This document shows positions 24,441-37,729 of a stretch of 64,000 bases of DNA, in pieces. The stretch is from Camelus dromedarius (taxonomy: Eukaryota). The notes beneath the pieces were generated by a model that saw nothing but the letters and a program-made list of their open reading frames with translations, had not been told where the DNA came from and did no database searches. The position numbers and the translations under genes are program-made. The number at the start of each line of letters is the position of its first letter. Within the stretch, counting starts at the first letter, position 1. The stretch spans positions 22,384,001 to 22,448,000 of the forward strand of contig NC_087437.1 of assembly GCF_036321535.1 (NCBI RefSeq). Direction: 5' to 3'.

Positions 24441-25378
24441 TTTGCTTTTAAAAATTTCCTTAATTTTTTCCCCCATTATAAACCCAATGCATTTGATTTT
24501 CTGAGTTGGAGGAAAGACACTTGTAAATAGTGAGAGAGCTGGAGTCCAATAGCCTTGTAGTTTCTTGGTGAAGGAGATAGCAAAGTCAAGGTTTTAATAA
24601 GAGTTTTGAGAAATCTTTTTTTAAAAAGTAATAATAATTTGTTTATTTATCTAATAAATGATCAGCTTACATACTTCTATTTTCAATTATAATTCTATAG
24701 TGAATTCTACTATCCAAAAAATTCTGCAGGCACATTACAGAAAATATGGGAAATTCAGAAGTCAGAGCAAGGGAAAATGTCTTCATATTGTGTCTAACAC
24801 ATTGCCTGACACATTAGACTTTCACTAAATTAACTTGGAGGAATGAATCGATGAAATCAAGCTTTGAAGGAGATACGGGGCTTTGGAATGAGAGGACCAG
24901 AAGCATGGAAGCCTAGGGCAGGCTTCCTGAACAGCCCGTGGAGTAATAGGCATGAGGGGTGACAGGAAGCCCCACTTAGATCTCTCCCAAAGATTCCCAG
25001 CTTGAGTGCCACTCAGTCCGAATTGGCATATGAAAATCCTTTTCTCTACTCTGCTTAGTCAAACCACTAATAGACCTGGAGGGCTAATGCAATTTTACAC
25101 AAACAAGCTTGTGCCACAGTTTTTGCATCCTTTCCTCCCTGGAGTGACTTCCTAGGTCCAGAGGTAGGACCAGGAGGAATCACATAGAAAGAGAAGTCAC
25201 AGACATTGACAACAATCCTTTAAGATGACCGTGCCAGCTTTTTGTCACTCTAACCAATCCCTGAGGCCCAACCCACGTTTCTCCTTGCCCTCCCTCATTC
25301 CAAGGACAGGACTTCCCTGTTTGTCTCTAGTCTCTCTCTGCCCTTCTCTGTCACTCAGCCCTTATAGCACCTCTCCAG

Positions 25379-25711
25379 ACACAAGAGCCGTGGGGACTCC
25401 TCCTGGCACGGGGAGAAGTGGGTTTCAGTCTGCCCAAGGCTCACACTTGGTGTCTGTGGCGAGAGCACCGGCTGGTGGGCACAGGCTCAGCAGACTCCCC
25501 TGCACCCCGCGGTGGCATGCCCCTCCCCCACCGCAGCTGGCTATTGAGCCAGACCCCGGCCTGTGAGAATTTCTTATGAGAACAGTTAACATTAGCGTGA
25601 GACCCTGTAGCATGTCATGCTCACAAAACATTTTGAGGCCTTCAGGTGGAAAGTGCTATAAATGCAAAACAGCCTCTGCCAGATCTCGTTCAGCCCATCA
25701 GCAAATGATGG
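25379..25711 (+). pseudogene. Decayed exon candidate
   Basis: ORFs 25225-25566 and 25576-25767 share a frame split by one TGA (PDPGL*EFLMRT). Donor |gtgagt at 25712. Confidence 0.4.
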
Positions 25712-28700
25712 GTGAGTTACTGTCCTGTCCCAATGAGTCCCTTGCAATTTGGTCAGATGATTTGTGAAAATCGGAGCAGAAGCAAGGTCCTCTCCCTTGC
25801 TTTCTTCGTGGTGCAGATGGAAGAGGACACAGTGAAAGTACGGCTGCCCTGATTCTCAGTCTAATACAGCAAAATAAAATATTTCCTCTTCATGGACAGT
25901 AATCTGTGATTAATTAGATATAAATGCATTCTGGCTGACCAACTCCAATCCAGAGGTCAGCTGCTATGTTTTCTATGGGATCAAAAAGAGAGAAGGCAAA
26001 TGCTCTTCACAGGGAAATGAACATCCTTACCTGGGATGCTTGGCTGAGGCTGTATTAGTATCTGTCTGGATGGGTCTGCCTGGAGCCATCTTCCTCACAG
26101 CTAATTCATCTTTTGTGAGTCCACTCAAAAACCACTCCCTTCTAAAGGCTTTCTCCACCCCCTGCTTTCTGTACAGCCAGGCTCCAGCCAGAGGATGTGT
26201 CACAGTCTTGTGTGCCCTTCGGGCATGCGTCGCTCCTTCAGTGTTATCATCTCACACATCATTCAGCCTGTTCCTCCCACTAGACTTGGACCTCCATGAT
26301 GATAGGACTAGGTCTGCCTCAATTCCCCGTTACTGCTGCAGCTACAGTGGCTGCTGCTAACAGAGGCTCAAAAACTTGTGCATGAATGAATGTCGCAGTG
26401 TTAACACTGGGATGGACAGTGAAGCCCCCAGAGGTGACACATTGTGACCAAAGACACAGCATTCCTTGTGTTGAATCGTATTTTCCCGATTTCTAGTCCT
26501 ATGCTCACTCGTGGGCCCCCTCCCCTCAGAATGAAAGGGATCGCTCCCAGAACCATCCTGGTCCTTGGTGCAGCCTCAGATTGCAGGACGGTAATTAGTG
26601 GACATGGGGTGGCAGGAGGAAGGAGACGCCCAGCAAGGGTCCTGTCATATTCAGCTCCCTCAGACTGTTAATGCAACCTGCTTCCTTTGAGGTGCTGGGA
26701 TACTGTATTGAGCTAAAGAGCTAAGCCTTTAACCTGGAAAACAGTTGATCTCTAATAGAAGAACATTTTGAGGCCTGAGGCAGCTCAACAGGCAGAAAAG
26801 TAGGTCAAGTTAAATTCTGTACACAGGGAGATCTGTGGCTCAGTGATGGGAGGTGTGCTATGATCCCACTGATAGGCTCTTGGGGAAGGAAAGATTCTCC
26901 ACCCCCATGTCACCAAACTGGAGGTGGGAAAAAATGAAAGGACTTTACTGACTAGAAACATCTCTTCTGTTTAGGGAAGAAGAAATAGCTCTTTAGAGTG
27001 TTCAAAACATAATTTCCGTCAAGAGCAAGGCCACAGACGTAACAGCATGAATGGTGCAGAAGGATGTAAAGAGCCCGGTGGGCCAGGAAACACACTGTCT
27101 TTAAGTGAAACAGCTGGGTTCTCTCTTATGGTCACTAGAAAATTACAGAGGGGAGTTGTTAGCTTGGCATTTCCTTTTTCAATAGTAAATCAATGAATCC
27201 TTCATTTTCACTAAATTGTTTTCCTGCCCTCCAGGGAAAATATGACACAAGCATAATGCAGATGTGGAAAGGAAAGGCTGGGCTGGGACAAAACATTTAA
27301 TTAAATCCCGTTTTATAAAACAACCTTCCTTCAGCTTGACAAATGGTTGAAGCAAAATGTGCTTATACAGGCAAAACAATTATCCAAGTTCATAACAGTT
27401 TAGAACTCGCAGGGATCAATCGCAGGTGGCAATTCATCCTACTGTTTGTCGGGTGTGTGCTGGGGAGGGGCCCCGGAGGGGAGGCCGGTCGCCTCAGGAA
27501 GGTGGCTTCAGAGCAACAATGCTGCACTCCCTCCATGGAGCAGAGGTTTGTGTGGGATTTGGAGGGGGCCAAGGGTCTGTGTTCAAGGTGCAGGGTGGAG
27601 TTGGGTTCTGCTGAGTGTCCCCACTCCCGCACGTGTGTGTGTGCGCGCGCGCGCGTGCACGCGTGAACGTGCACAGTAAGACTGGGAGGGTAGTGTTGGG
27701 AGCTCCACACAAGAATTACACTCCAGTGCACAGCCCGCAGTCATCTCTGACTTCCAGCCTGAGGAATTGTCTAGTCTAGTTGTTCAGAAACCCGTGTCTG
27801 AGATTCACAAACACCTGGGGAGTTTTAAAAAACATAGATCCCCAGCCCCACTCCAGACAATGAAATGGGTCTCCCAGGGAAGAGGAAGAACATAATTTTA
27901 CACGCCCTCAGCCTGGAATGACCCACAGGATTTGGGGCCCTTGGTCTGTCCGGTGCCTGCCTTTGGAAGCTGAGGAAACCAAGGTTGGGATTGCTTGAGC
28001 CACATGGTTCTCAAACCCCTGATGGCAGAGTGGATCCCAGTCTCCAGTGCCTCAGCCCCTGGGGCCACCCCAGAGACACACCCACCGTCTGTCTCCAGGG
28101 ATGCTTGCTAGAGGACTCAGAGGCTCCTCTGACTGAGGAAGTTCAGGCTACTGGCTGAACTCAAGCCTCCCAGTCTGGGCCCAGGGCTACTGTTACAATA
28201 AGATGCTGCTTCCTGTGTTCTCACTAAGGTCCTTTCATTTGTTGATTCAGTCACCTATGCAGTTGTACAATTTGTATAGCATTAAACTTATGTGACTGCC
28301 CACTCTGTGCTCCCTATGGCTGCAAGTGCGGTGGGGAGATAAAGATACACGAGCAGTGTCTGTCCCGGGGAGACCACGCTGCCTAGCAGGAATGACAACA
28401 GTCATTACACCCAACAATTAAAAGAACTTATGCAAGGCACGATTCGGAGCTGTTTCTGTTAACTTAATGCCCTGCGAACCCTGAGCAGTAGGATTGTCCC
28501 TATTTTATCCCCATTTTGCAGATGACAAAACAGAGGCACAGAAAGACTTGCCTCAAGCCACACAGATAAGGAGACCTAGGATTTAGTACTTGCTAATCGG
28601 GTTCCCGAGCCCATCCTCCTAGCCACCACCTCGCAGTGCCTCTGGCTGAGTTTGCTGTATTTTCAGAGTCCAGCAGAGGCACGGGGAGTAGGGGTCAGTT

Positions 28701-29472
28701 CTCCACAGAATTAGGAAAGGTTTATGGAGGAGATGTCACCACAACTCAGCACCAAGTAGAAGGTAGCATAGGAAGAAGAATTAGGGCAAGAGAGGCAGCC
28801 TGAGCTGGGGTGGGGTGTTTCGGGAGCAAAGGCTGGAGGGACCTCACAGTGGGTTACCTGTCAAGCCCTGGCTTGTGGAGTCATGTGGCTTTCTCACAAG
28901 TGTCATCTGTCCCCTCAGTCAGGGGCCAACTTTTGGGACCATGCCATTCCTCTCTGTCCCCCACTCGTCATTCTGCAGAGCACCCAGTAAATATCAGGTC
29001 AATGAAAAGAGAGGATGGGACAGAGAACACAGCTGACTGAGAGGAGGTGGCTGAGTGAGTGGGCTGTTATGAGCCCTGGGAGGTGGGGAGGAAGGAGGCA
29101 GTTCAGGGGCAGGCGTGGCCACTAGGACAAAGCAGAAGCCAGTCATGCTAGAGGCAGAGGTGGCTCTTCTGAAGCTCTGGCACCTATGTCTGGGCTTTAA
29201 GATTAGGCCCACAAGGGCTTTATGGGTCCGGGAGTTCAGAGGCTGTCCTTGTGCCAGATTCAGCCTGCCCCTGACCTTGTGGGCTTCCCAGAGCAGCAGA
29301 ATTAGCCAATGTGATTTGCTTTGTCTTCATGCTCACTTAAGCCACATTCCAACTGCGCTTACAGCAGGCAAGGGACAGTTAAGATGGAGTGAATGGTGCA
29401 GGAAACAAGGGAAGCACAGGCTGACGCTAGTTGAGAATGTGTCTGACTCTGCTTTGCCCCTTTCCTCTGCAG

Positions 29473-29877
29473 GAGACCCACCTAAGGATTTTACAGGCTC
29501 TGAAAACACAGCAATTTCAGAATGTTTCCTGTAGGAAATCAAAAGGTCTTTTAAAGCATTCTAATGATTTCTTTAATCGCCACTCTGCTAATGTGGCTTG
29601 AATTCTCAGAGTTTCCCTATTGTTTATTGTTGGCAGTGGGGCCACACCCCACCGGGTACATGAAGTTATTTATGAAATGAGCCATAGGAACCTGAAGGAG
29701 TTCACTAAGGGCCTCAGCAAGCCTTTGCTTCCAAAAGCAAGGGCTTCTTTGAACATAGAGATTCTCTCTGTCTTTGACGCCAAATTCCAGAGTGATCACA
29801 GAGGGCTTTGTGGCAGAAAACCACTTGAACCGTACAAGCCCCAAAGGAGTTTTGCTGGCAAATTTGAAACTGTTTAA
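29473..29877 (+). pseudogene. Two decayed exons (29473-29545, 29637-~29877)
   Basis: Strong acceptors. Stop-free ETHLRILQALKTQQFQNV, and an 80-codon frame containing RVHEVIYEMSHRNLKEF...SLNIEILSVFDAKF. Confidence 0.55.
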
Positions 29878-30178
29878 ATATGTCCACATAGAAGAGGCTT
29901 TAAAATAAGCCTGGCATAAATTTTGTGGGTTGTTATTCTACAGAGCTTGGTCCAGAACTATAGATTTTAAGATGCTGTTCTTGGGAATTCTGTCCATGTA
30001 CTGAACTGAGCACCCAGAGTGGTGTGGCTTTGCTGGAGTGAGAGGAGTGGGAGGTTGGAAGGGAGCCAGGGTAGCAGGGGCAGGTGCTGGCACGATGGAA
30101 CGTTACCTTTTAATACCACATGAACCAATGGACGTACAGGGACACCTGTATACAAACAACAAGATGGACTTCCTATAG

Positions 30179-30435
30179 AGCAGTTTCTGAAAGGACTCAA
30201 TGTGTGTTAGAGAGCAGCATCTTGGCGGCGACCTGTCCCTAGTTCAATTTAACAGAGAGAATACATTTTCAGCTCCTCGGTTCAGAATGCTCACCACGCT
30301 CTCACATGCTTAAAAAGCAGACAATTGCAGACTTCTCAGCTTTTCTAAACTGCTTGCTACTCACACAAATCCGAACTTTTAAAAGCCACATCTTTCAAGT
30401 ACCCTTTATGAACAGGGTGGAGTGAAACAGGATTG
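30179..30435 (+). pseudogene. Decayed exon at an RGS repeat junction
   Basis: tag| acceptor and |gtgagc donor. QREYIF/QLLGSECSPRS, then LSFSKLLATHTNPNF*KPHLSS (compare RGS IFxLMxxDSYPRF and SFxKLL). Confidence 0.6.
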
Positions 30436-31749
30436 GTGAGCCCAGTTGGTAGAGACTAACAGAGGCTTGCTTAGGTGAGGGACAGGATGGTGAGGGATGG
30501 TAAGGAAACTGTGTGGGTTTGTGGGGCCAGGTCGGGGCGGGGAGCTGGGGATGAAGGGCAAGGATTTTCCTACTTCATTTGGAAGAATGTTCTCTGATGT
30601 TGAGGTCCTTTGATTGTTTCCAGTACTTAAGCATCACCAACTGCCATTTAAGCCATGTTAAGTATGATTAAGGACTCCAGTTATAGCTTCTGGGAAAGAA
30701 AGACATTTTGGAATCCCCTGTAACCCTTTCTGGTTGAACAGACACGTGAAAGCAGGGTGTACAACAAGCCACCCTACAGGCAAACAGAGTAGGGCAGAGG
30801 TGCAGCGGGATGGACAATTACATTTTGAAGCAAGGTTTAGAGTAATTTTATTATCACATTCTTTCCATTTCTGATTTCTCAAAGTCCCCACAAGGCTCCT
30901 GCACTTCTTGCCTGGGTGTTGGCTATAATGCTGAGGTGAGCATCACCTTATCCTTGTTTTAAGGTTTTGAGCATAATAGTGTTTTAAGATGTAACCTCAT
31001 TTGCTGCTTTGTAATGTTTTATCTATTTTAATTACTGTTCTAATGTGCTGGTTGTACCCCGTGAGGTGCTTCTGTGAAGGGTACCATTTTAAGAAGTGAA
31101 GAACTAGATAAATAAATCTACAGGTGAGGGATCATATTAGTCAAACCTGTATCTAAATGAGCATTTTTTAAAAGTTGCCCAGTGTTGAGTGTTAATGAGC
31201 AACAGCCTCTCTTTCAGGTGTAAGGACTGAGATGTGATGTCCAAGGTCAGACATGGAGCACGGGTAGAAGCGAAGTGGAAGGCAACATTCCCAAGGGCTC
31301 TTTTAGTTTCCAATAACTAGAATTCATGCTATCATGTTTAAATTTGATCTTATGTTCTCAGCAAGTCTTTAAAAGTAACAATAGCTCTAATGAAGGTAAA
31401 AGTACGTATTTTCCACCTAACTCTAGCAGCAATTGAATTGTAGCTCTCTTGGCCAGGAAACAAATTCTATAGATTCAGTTCTTAACCTGACCCGTGTCAC
31501 CCTCAGTCACACACTTGATTGCACTCCTTGGCTTACTAAAGTAGGAAGTGGATGGTTGGCTTGAAGTTTCCTGACCTGAAATAGGTACTGTAATGGTATA
31601 AATGCCCCTCTACTCCCCCATGGCCCCTTGGCCAGACCAAGCTTTTAATTACCATATTTAAGCACAGGCAAGGTCAAAACAATAGATGAAATTTCATAAA
31701 ACAGTAGTAGTTACACCTAAATGTTTTTACTGACTTTCTAAAAACATGT

Positions 31750-32090
31750 CGGAATCAGCTCCAACTGTGTTTATAAATGAAAAAGGAAATGAAGTTCCTT
31801 TTTAAATTCCTCGTCGCAGAATTCCTTGGTCCTGAATTGGCCAGATGCCCAGATTTCCTTTGCGTAAACAGGGTCAAATGTGAGGGCAGCCAATTGTAAA
31901 CTAAGGTTCTGGCCTCCTGGATCGTCATGATCAAAGATGTCAGTGAAGTTGCCACAAAGTCTTGTTACAGCTTCTTAGTATGGAGACAACCCAGGCAGAT
32001 GGAAGCAACCAGCCCAGGAGTCCTTGCAGCAAATGTGGTTCAGGGAGCAAGAAAGAAAACACCTTTATCACCCTCCTTTGCCTCCACCCA
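31750..32090 (+). pseudogene. Decayed exon, near-complete RGS-like repeat
   Basis: Single frame with 2 stops: QLQLCL*MKKEMKFLFKFLVAEFLG...VSEVATKSCYSFLVWRQPRQMEA. Boundaries approximate. Confidence 0.6.
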
Positions 32091-32093
32091 GCA

Positions 32094-32096
<3 letters not shown>

Positions 32097-32128
<32 letters not shown>
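32097..32128. repeat. (AC)16 microsatellite
   Basis: Direct reading. Confidence 0.97.
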
Positions 32129-32132
<4 letters not shown>

Positions 32133-32404
32133 TTCTACAGACTCCCTCTGTGGAGCTGGTCCTGTGACTTTTTCCTCAGATAGCTTAGAAAAGAGTCTTC
32201 TGGTCACTTGTAATCACAGAAATAGTCTCAGGTAATAAGTATGTTCAGTTGAGTGTAATAATATCAGAAACTGAATTTCATTAGAAGTGAGTTCCCTCCA
32301 CCAGCTTGGACCACTGGACCAGCTGCAAGGGCCCACCTCTCTTTTCATCCTCCTGCTCCTGCTGTTTCTCACCCCACTCCTACTGCTAGCTTGGCTTCTC
32401 CAAG

Positions 32405-32859
32405 TTTAGGGCATAGGAAAAGGAGGAGAAATAAACAGGCAAGAAAGGTTTCGCTCATCAGCACGACTAAGGCGCCGCTTCTCTTTGGCTGTGATGGATG
32501 TTGGAAGCAGACTGGTGTGGAATTCGTGAGGGTTTCTCTGGAAGCCTAGAAAACTCTCTAACCAGCGGTTTCCTAATGGATTGTTCATTCCACCCACCCT
32601 TCCCTTGGCCCTTGAACATCCAACTGTGTAGACCTGGTGTTCTTCTGCTGTGATCTCCTGGCCTGTCCAGGTGACATTCTAGGGCCAGGTCTACGATAAC
32701 GCCACACAATAGGATCAGTCCATTATACTGCACAATCAGTCAACAGGAAACACACTCCTTAAGATATGTTCTTGGCGGAAATGTATCAGCTTCCCACATT
32801 GTGGATCTTACTCTGCTGCAGGCTGCTCCTGCCAGTCCCTGGCCCTTTAGATTTCTCAG
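32405..32859 (+). pseudogene. Decayed exon
   Basis: CpG-retaining segment with donor cag|gtgagt. Peptides PPTLPLALEHPTV, VDLVFFCCDL, SPWPFRFL. Confidence 0.45.
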
Positions 32860-32959
32860 GTGAGTCAGGTAGCAGGTCTGACACTGGGTCCCTCAATCCT
32901 CTGGGGACATGCATCAAGCTTATCAGTAGTCTTCCTGGATCCCAGCTCATGGGCTTAAG

Positions 32960-34570
32960 ATGAGGGGATGTCTCATTCACATTATCCCTTTCTCATAGGT
33001 GATGGGACTCACAGATTTACTTTGCCCAGTAGAATGTGAGTAGACACAATACACACCACATTCAAGTGGAAGCTTTTAGAGACTTTTGGAGTTTCAGCCC
33101 TTTCTCTTGTCTTCTACTATGAGAGAACAGCATGTTCCAGATAAGGCTGCCCCACTAGCTTGGGTCTTAGAATGAGAAAAAAGATGGCCCACCTCCAGCC
33201 CAACTGCAGCCAAGAGGAGTTAAGCCCAGCTGGGCTGCAGCTAAGTAGAGCCCAGTAGAGTCAAGCAGACCTGTAGGTGACTCCCAGCCTTTATGTAACT
33301 TGAACAAGAAACATCTTTGTGGTGGCAGATCATTGAGATATTTGGGCTATTGTCTTTGCAGCAAAAACTGACTAGCTCAGTAGTGACCTGGAAGGCATTA
33401 AGAAAATTGGTGGGAGTGTGTCATAGAATCTAAGGGAAGAAGGAGGTGTCAAGTAAGAAGGAGGCTCAACTGAGTTAAATGTTGATAGTACAATAAAATG
33501 AAAAGTGAGGCCTGACCATTGGGTTCAGTAACATGAAGAGGAGCATAACAACTGGTAAGAGCAGTTTTGGTAGAATAATGAGGGCCCCCACATTATCAGA
33601 GTACATTCCAGAGAGAGTAAGGGGCGTGAATTTGTAGATATTGTGAGTCGGAAACTCTTTTGAGGGATTTTGTTACAAAGGACGGCAAAGAATGAGGCTA
33701 TAGCTGGAGGGGGATGTGCGGGCAAGAAAGGTTTTTTATTTTTATTTTTTTAAGATAAGAGTAATTAAACTAGGTTTTTAAATTATTTGGTGAAGGGGCA
33801 AATGATGGTATGAATGAGAAGAGACAAGTGCTGGAGTGATGTCTTCTAATAAGTGAGGGAGGATGAGACTAACACACAGATTGAAGTATAGGCCTTAATT
33901 GGAGTAAGGTCAATTTGTCCCTCGTAATATAATGGAAAGTGGAGTTTAAGGGCATTGATGCAAGGAAGTAGGTAGATAAAGGGGAAACTTGTGAAGATTT
34001 ATCTTCTGATTGCTTCTGTTTCCTTAGTGAGTTGGGAAGGTCATCAGTGGAAAGAGAAAGCCAGGGCAGGGGTGCAGGGGGCTTGAGGGGAGGAGAGAAG
34101 GTATGAATGAGCTTGTCTGGCAGAGGGGGGGTGTTAATGAGCTAGGGAACTTTAGGATGGTTGCTGGGCAGCCCATGATCCTGCATGCCAAGCGTGGTGC
34201 TAAAAGCTAGGAGATAAAGGGACAGGATCCAGACCTTACCTCCAGGAGTCTTATGGTCTAAGGTAGAGAGATGTCATTCAGATACATAAGTGGGGCAAAT
34301 GACTTCTATGAGGTATGGTCTATCAGGAAGGGATGCATCAGGACCATGGTGGGAGAATGAAGTAGGGAAAGAACCTATTCTACCTGGGGGGCAGATGTTG
34401 CTGATGAGAGAAAGGTTCTCAGAGGGAATGACTGACTCCTCATCCAAGGAATAAAGGGGGACTGGGAGTCGTCTAAGTAATGAAGGGGAAAGCCTGTCCT
34501 GGTAGAAAGAAAAGCCTGTACTGAGGTAGTGTGGAATGTTTGCGGGAAATGAAAGTATTTCAACATGGCT
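32960..34570. mobile_element. Old MLT1 LTR (~32960-33380+) followed by L2 (-)
   Basis: MLT1-like cattgagatatttgggctattg...gcaaaaactgact; purine-rich antisense L2. Confidence 0.65.
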
Positions 34571-35139
34571 GAGATATAGGATGTGTGTGCGTGTGTGCGC
34601 GCGCGCGCGCGTGCACGCGCACAGGCCCATATCTGTATGGACTCACGTGCACGCATGTTTGGGAGAGGGGTATATGCATGACCAAGCGAGTCCCAGACAC
34701 ACATGTGCTGAATACACCATCAGCAACATTCTGCCTTCCCGTTTCCGTATGACGTGCATCGCACACTAGAAACTACCTCCGTATCCACCCCCAAACCCCA
34801 CCTATCGCAAATGTGCTTGGCAGAAGACAAAATTAAAAAGTTATTTTTATAGCATGCATTAGAAGTTATGGGGCACACTGAACAACCCAATGACAAGTTA
34901 ATTGTAAAATGTAAAGCCAGGCCAGATTTTCATTCACCTTGGTGTCCTACTGAGTTATACAGACTGAGGGTTTGGCTCAGTGACTGAAAAAAAAAATTTC
35001 TAGTCAAATGTTTGTATTGAGGATTGGAAGCAGAAATATTAAGTAAAACAAACAAACAAAAAAATCAAAACTATACTATCAATATTCATCAGTAGCTTGA
35101 CAAAATACAATTACTACAGCAGTTTCTTTTGTTGCCAAC

Positions 35140-36265
35140 AAAACATTATCCAAAATGATTGCCTCCAAGATTACTTGAAAAAAGGAAACAGCACAAGTAG
35201 AAGTCTGCAAATGCTCTGTGTGACTCCTGTTTGAAACAGTTTCAATTAGCAGTCCCTAATGTACCCCTCCTAACTTCCTACCAAAACGCTTTTGAAGGCC
35301 CAGAAATGGCAAACAACTCCAATATCATCAAAAACCTGAAATAACGGACAGGCTAATGTTAGAATCTTATAGGAGTTTTCAATAATCGTAAGGCTGATAG
35401 AGCTATTCTGAGAAGAGCAACCAGCGGCCTATGCCTACCCCTCCCCCACCTCATGGAATGCAGCATCCTTGCCTGTCTGCAAGGCAGCAGAAACACACTT
35501 TGTTCTTAGCCTCACCACCTGCCCCAATTTAGAGAACTTGTATCAATCAAAAAACCTAGAGCAAAAAGTCATAGGGTGGGGTGGAAGGTGGGAGTTGGGG
35601 GTGTTGTATCAGCTACAGGAAGGCAGGGACTTTTGTCCCTTCTCTTCTCTGCTTTATCTGGTGGCTGGTATAAAGTAGAAGCTCAATAAATATTCACTGA
35701 ATGAATGTGAATGAGAAAAGGAAAGCATTGGGGGCAGAGGTCAGCATTTGCATTGGCACACTGCATTCTAGGGGGTATGTATGTCCCACAAGCAAGGTGG
35801 TAGCCCAGGGTGGAGGTAGGGAGATGCCAGGAACAGAGTGTGAATTCAGAGGGCCTGTAGCCTGAGCAATGAGGGCAGCACATATATAAAACTCTACACA
35901 CATAGGGCATAGGTTCAGAGATGAGTATTTGCTTGATCCTAGAGCATAGATTATAAATGTTGCAGATTGACTTGCTGGCTATGGCTCCAAGAAGAGAATG
36001 TGATGAACAACCACATGGGCACTGAGGGGAGCCAGGGGCAATCCACACACTTTCTGTTGGAAAATACCAGGTCTGGAAAGCTTTCTCCATACTAGCAAAG
36101 ACAAGAAGAATTGCACAGAATTTATCAAGATACTCTGTAGAATGAAGAAAAAGGAACAGCTTCCTGAGAACCTAGAAGGAATGAGCTTTTGGAATCAGGG
36201 CAAAATTTCAGAAAACTATTGGACATCCTTAAGAACATGCAATTAACTTGGATTAGAAGAAACAG
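35140..36265 (+). pseudogene. Two decayed exons (~35140-35387, 35943-36265)
   Basis: IIQNDCLQDYLK, LPTKTLLKAQKW, EITDRLMLESYRSFQ|gtaagg; then EELHRIYQDTL...EHAINLD, cag|gttgga. Confidence 0.5.
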
Positions 36266-36905
36266 GTTGGAAAGTCACCAAGGAAAGAACAGATTACATG
36301 GCTGGTGCTTAAATTAACTCATCCTTCCTAGAAAGCAGTTTTGCAAAATATATTTTGAGCTTTAGAATATATTCTACCCTTTGACCCCTTAATCTCATTT
36401 TTAGTGATAAAAAAAATCAGAGATACAAATATTTGTATAAATATATTTATGTATGTATGTAATAATTACAGCATCATTTTTAATAGTTTAAATAATTTTA
36501 GTCTAATATATTCTAATATCAATTTAAGTAAATAATTTTGGCCTGCTCATATGATTTTGTTATTCAGTCCTTGAAAACATAATTTCAAGGGATAGAGAAA
36601 TAAAATTAGAAAGTTATCATGCTATATTTTTAAAGAAAAAAATAACAGATCTCAATTTTGTCAAAAAAAAATTGATTGCCAAAATAAGTCTATAGAAAAA
36701 TCTACTAGTGTTAGTAATAATCTCTTTGTAAAAGAACTTCAAGTGAATTTTATTCTTTAAAATAATTTTTTAGTTTTCTAATTTTATAAGCATATATTAG
36801 TTTATACTCAGAAATATTAAACACCTGCTTAAATGCCTAGTATCGGTTTATGAAAAATAGAACTAAGATCACAGTTTGGAACATTTACATCTTCTCCCCT
36901 TTGAG

Positions 36906-37658
36906 AATTCCATTGAAATGAAAAGAGTGCTGTACAAAAATGAATAGATCCATGGTGACAGTAAAATAAAAAAAGAAAAGGGTGGAATTATTTTGATGGC
37001 TAGACCAGAATAAACTGCAATCCATGTGGACAAATGCTGCAGGTGGGCAGCTGTTTTCTTTGGCAAAGCTCAGAGAGAGCCACGCAGAAGCGCAGGTTAG
37101 GACATCCAAGCTGCGGTGGCCCGAGCATGGGTTGAACCAGACCCATTCCCAGCATTTTAGCTGGACTTTCCAAACAAAGATAATCATTTGTTTGGTGGGC
37201 ACTCCGGCAGGTGCTATGACGAAGGAGAAAGAGAGATAAGGCTGTTCAAGGGGACATAAGGTGACCCTTGATGTTCACATTGAATCCTGCAGAATGTAAG
37301 AACTAAGTAGCCGTGCCACTGAGAAGTAACGATATGCTTTTCAACCTCATCTCCAAATACGGGTGCCACTTCGTTACTGGCCAGTCTTACTCTGCACTGC
37401 AAATCTAGCACTGGGAAGGATGCAACACTCTTCTCATTAAAAAAAAAGAGAGAGAGAAGAACATGAGAGCTAATATTCTTCCAAACATTCCTTGTACCGA
37501 CTACAATGAAGTCTGCATTAAAGCATATTTTGCCTCTAATGGGCAATGCACTGTCTTAAGCAATTTCTTCAAAGTGACTCTGTGTGATAGAATCTGGCAC
37601 TTATTTTTAAAAACTCCAGTTAAAATCCCATATTTTGGCTATGCAATTGATCCATAGG
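36906..37658 (+). pseudogene. Large decayed exon with two RGS-like repeats
   Basis: KLQSMWTNAAGGQLFSLAKLRESHAEAQV. MLFNLISKYGCHFVTGQSYSALQI* continues in frame to ...TLCDRIWHLFLKTP (37334-37657, one internal TAG). Donor |gtaaat. Confidence 0.65.
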
Positions 37659-37729
37659 GTAAATACAAAATGGGAGTTTTATTGTAGCTCTTTGGAATTT
37701 ACACAGTAATTTTTCTTAAATCATTTCAT

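Noticed and set aside
15881..27425. Further AG/GT-bounded segments (~15881-15984, 20000-20145, 26497-26590, 27335-27425)
   Set aside because: Splice signals are plausible but there is no convincing motif. Not listed as features, though they may belong to the pseudogene.
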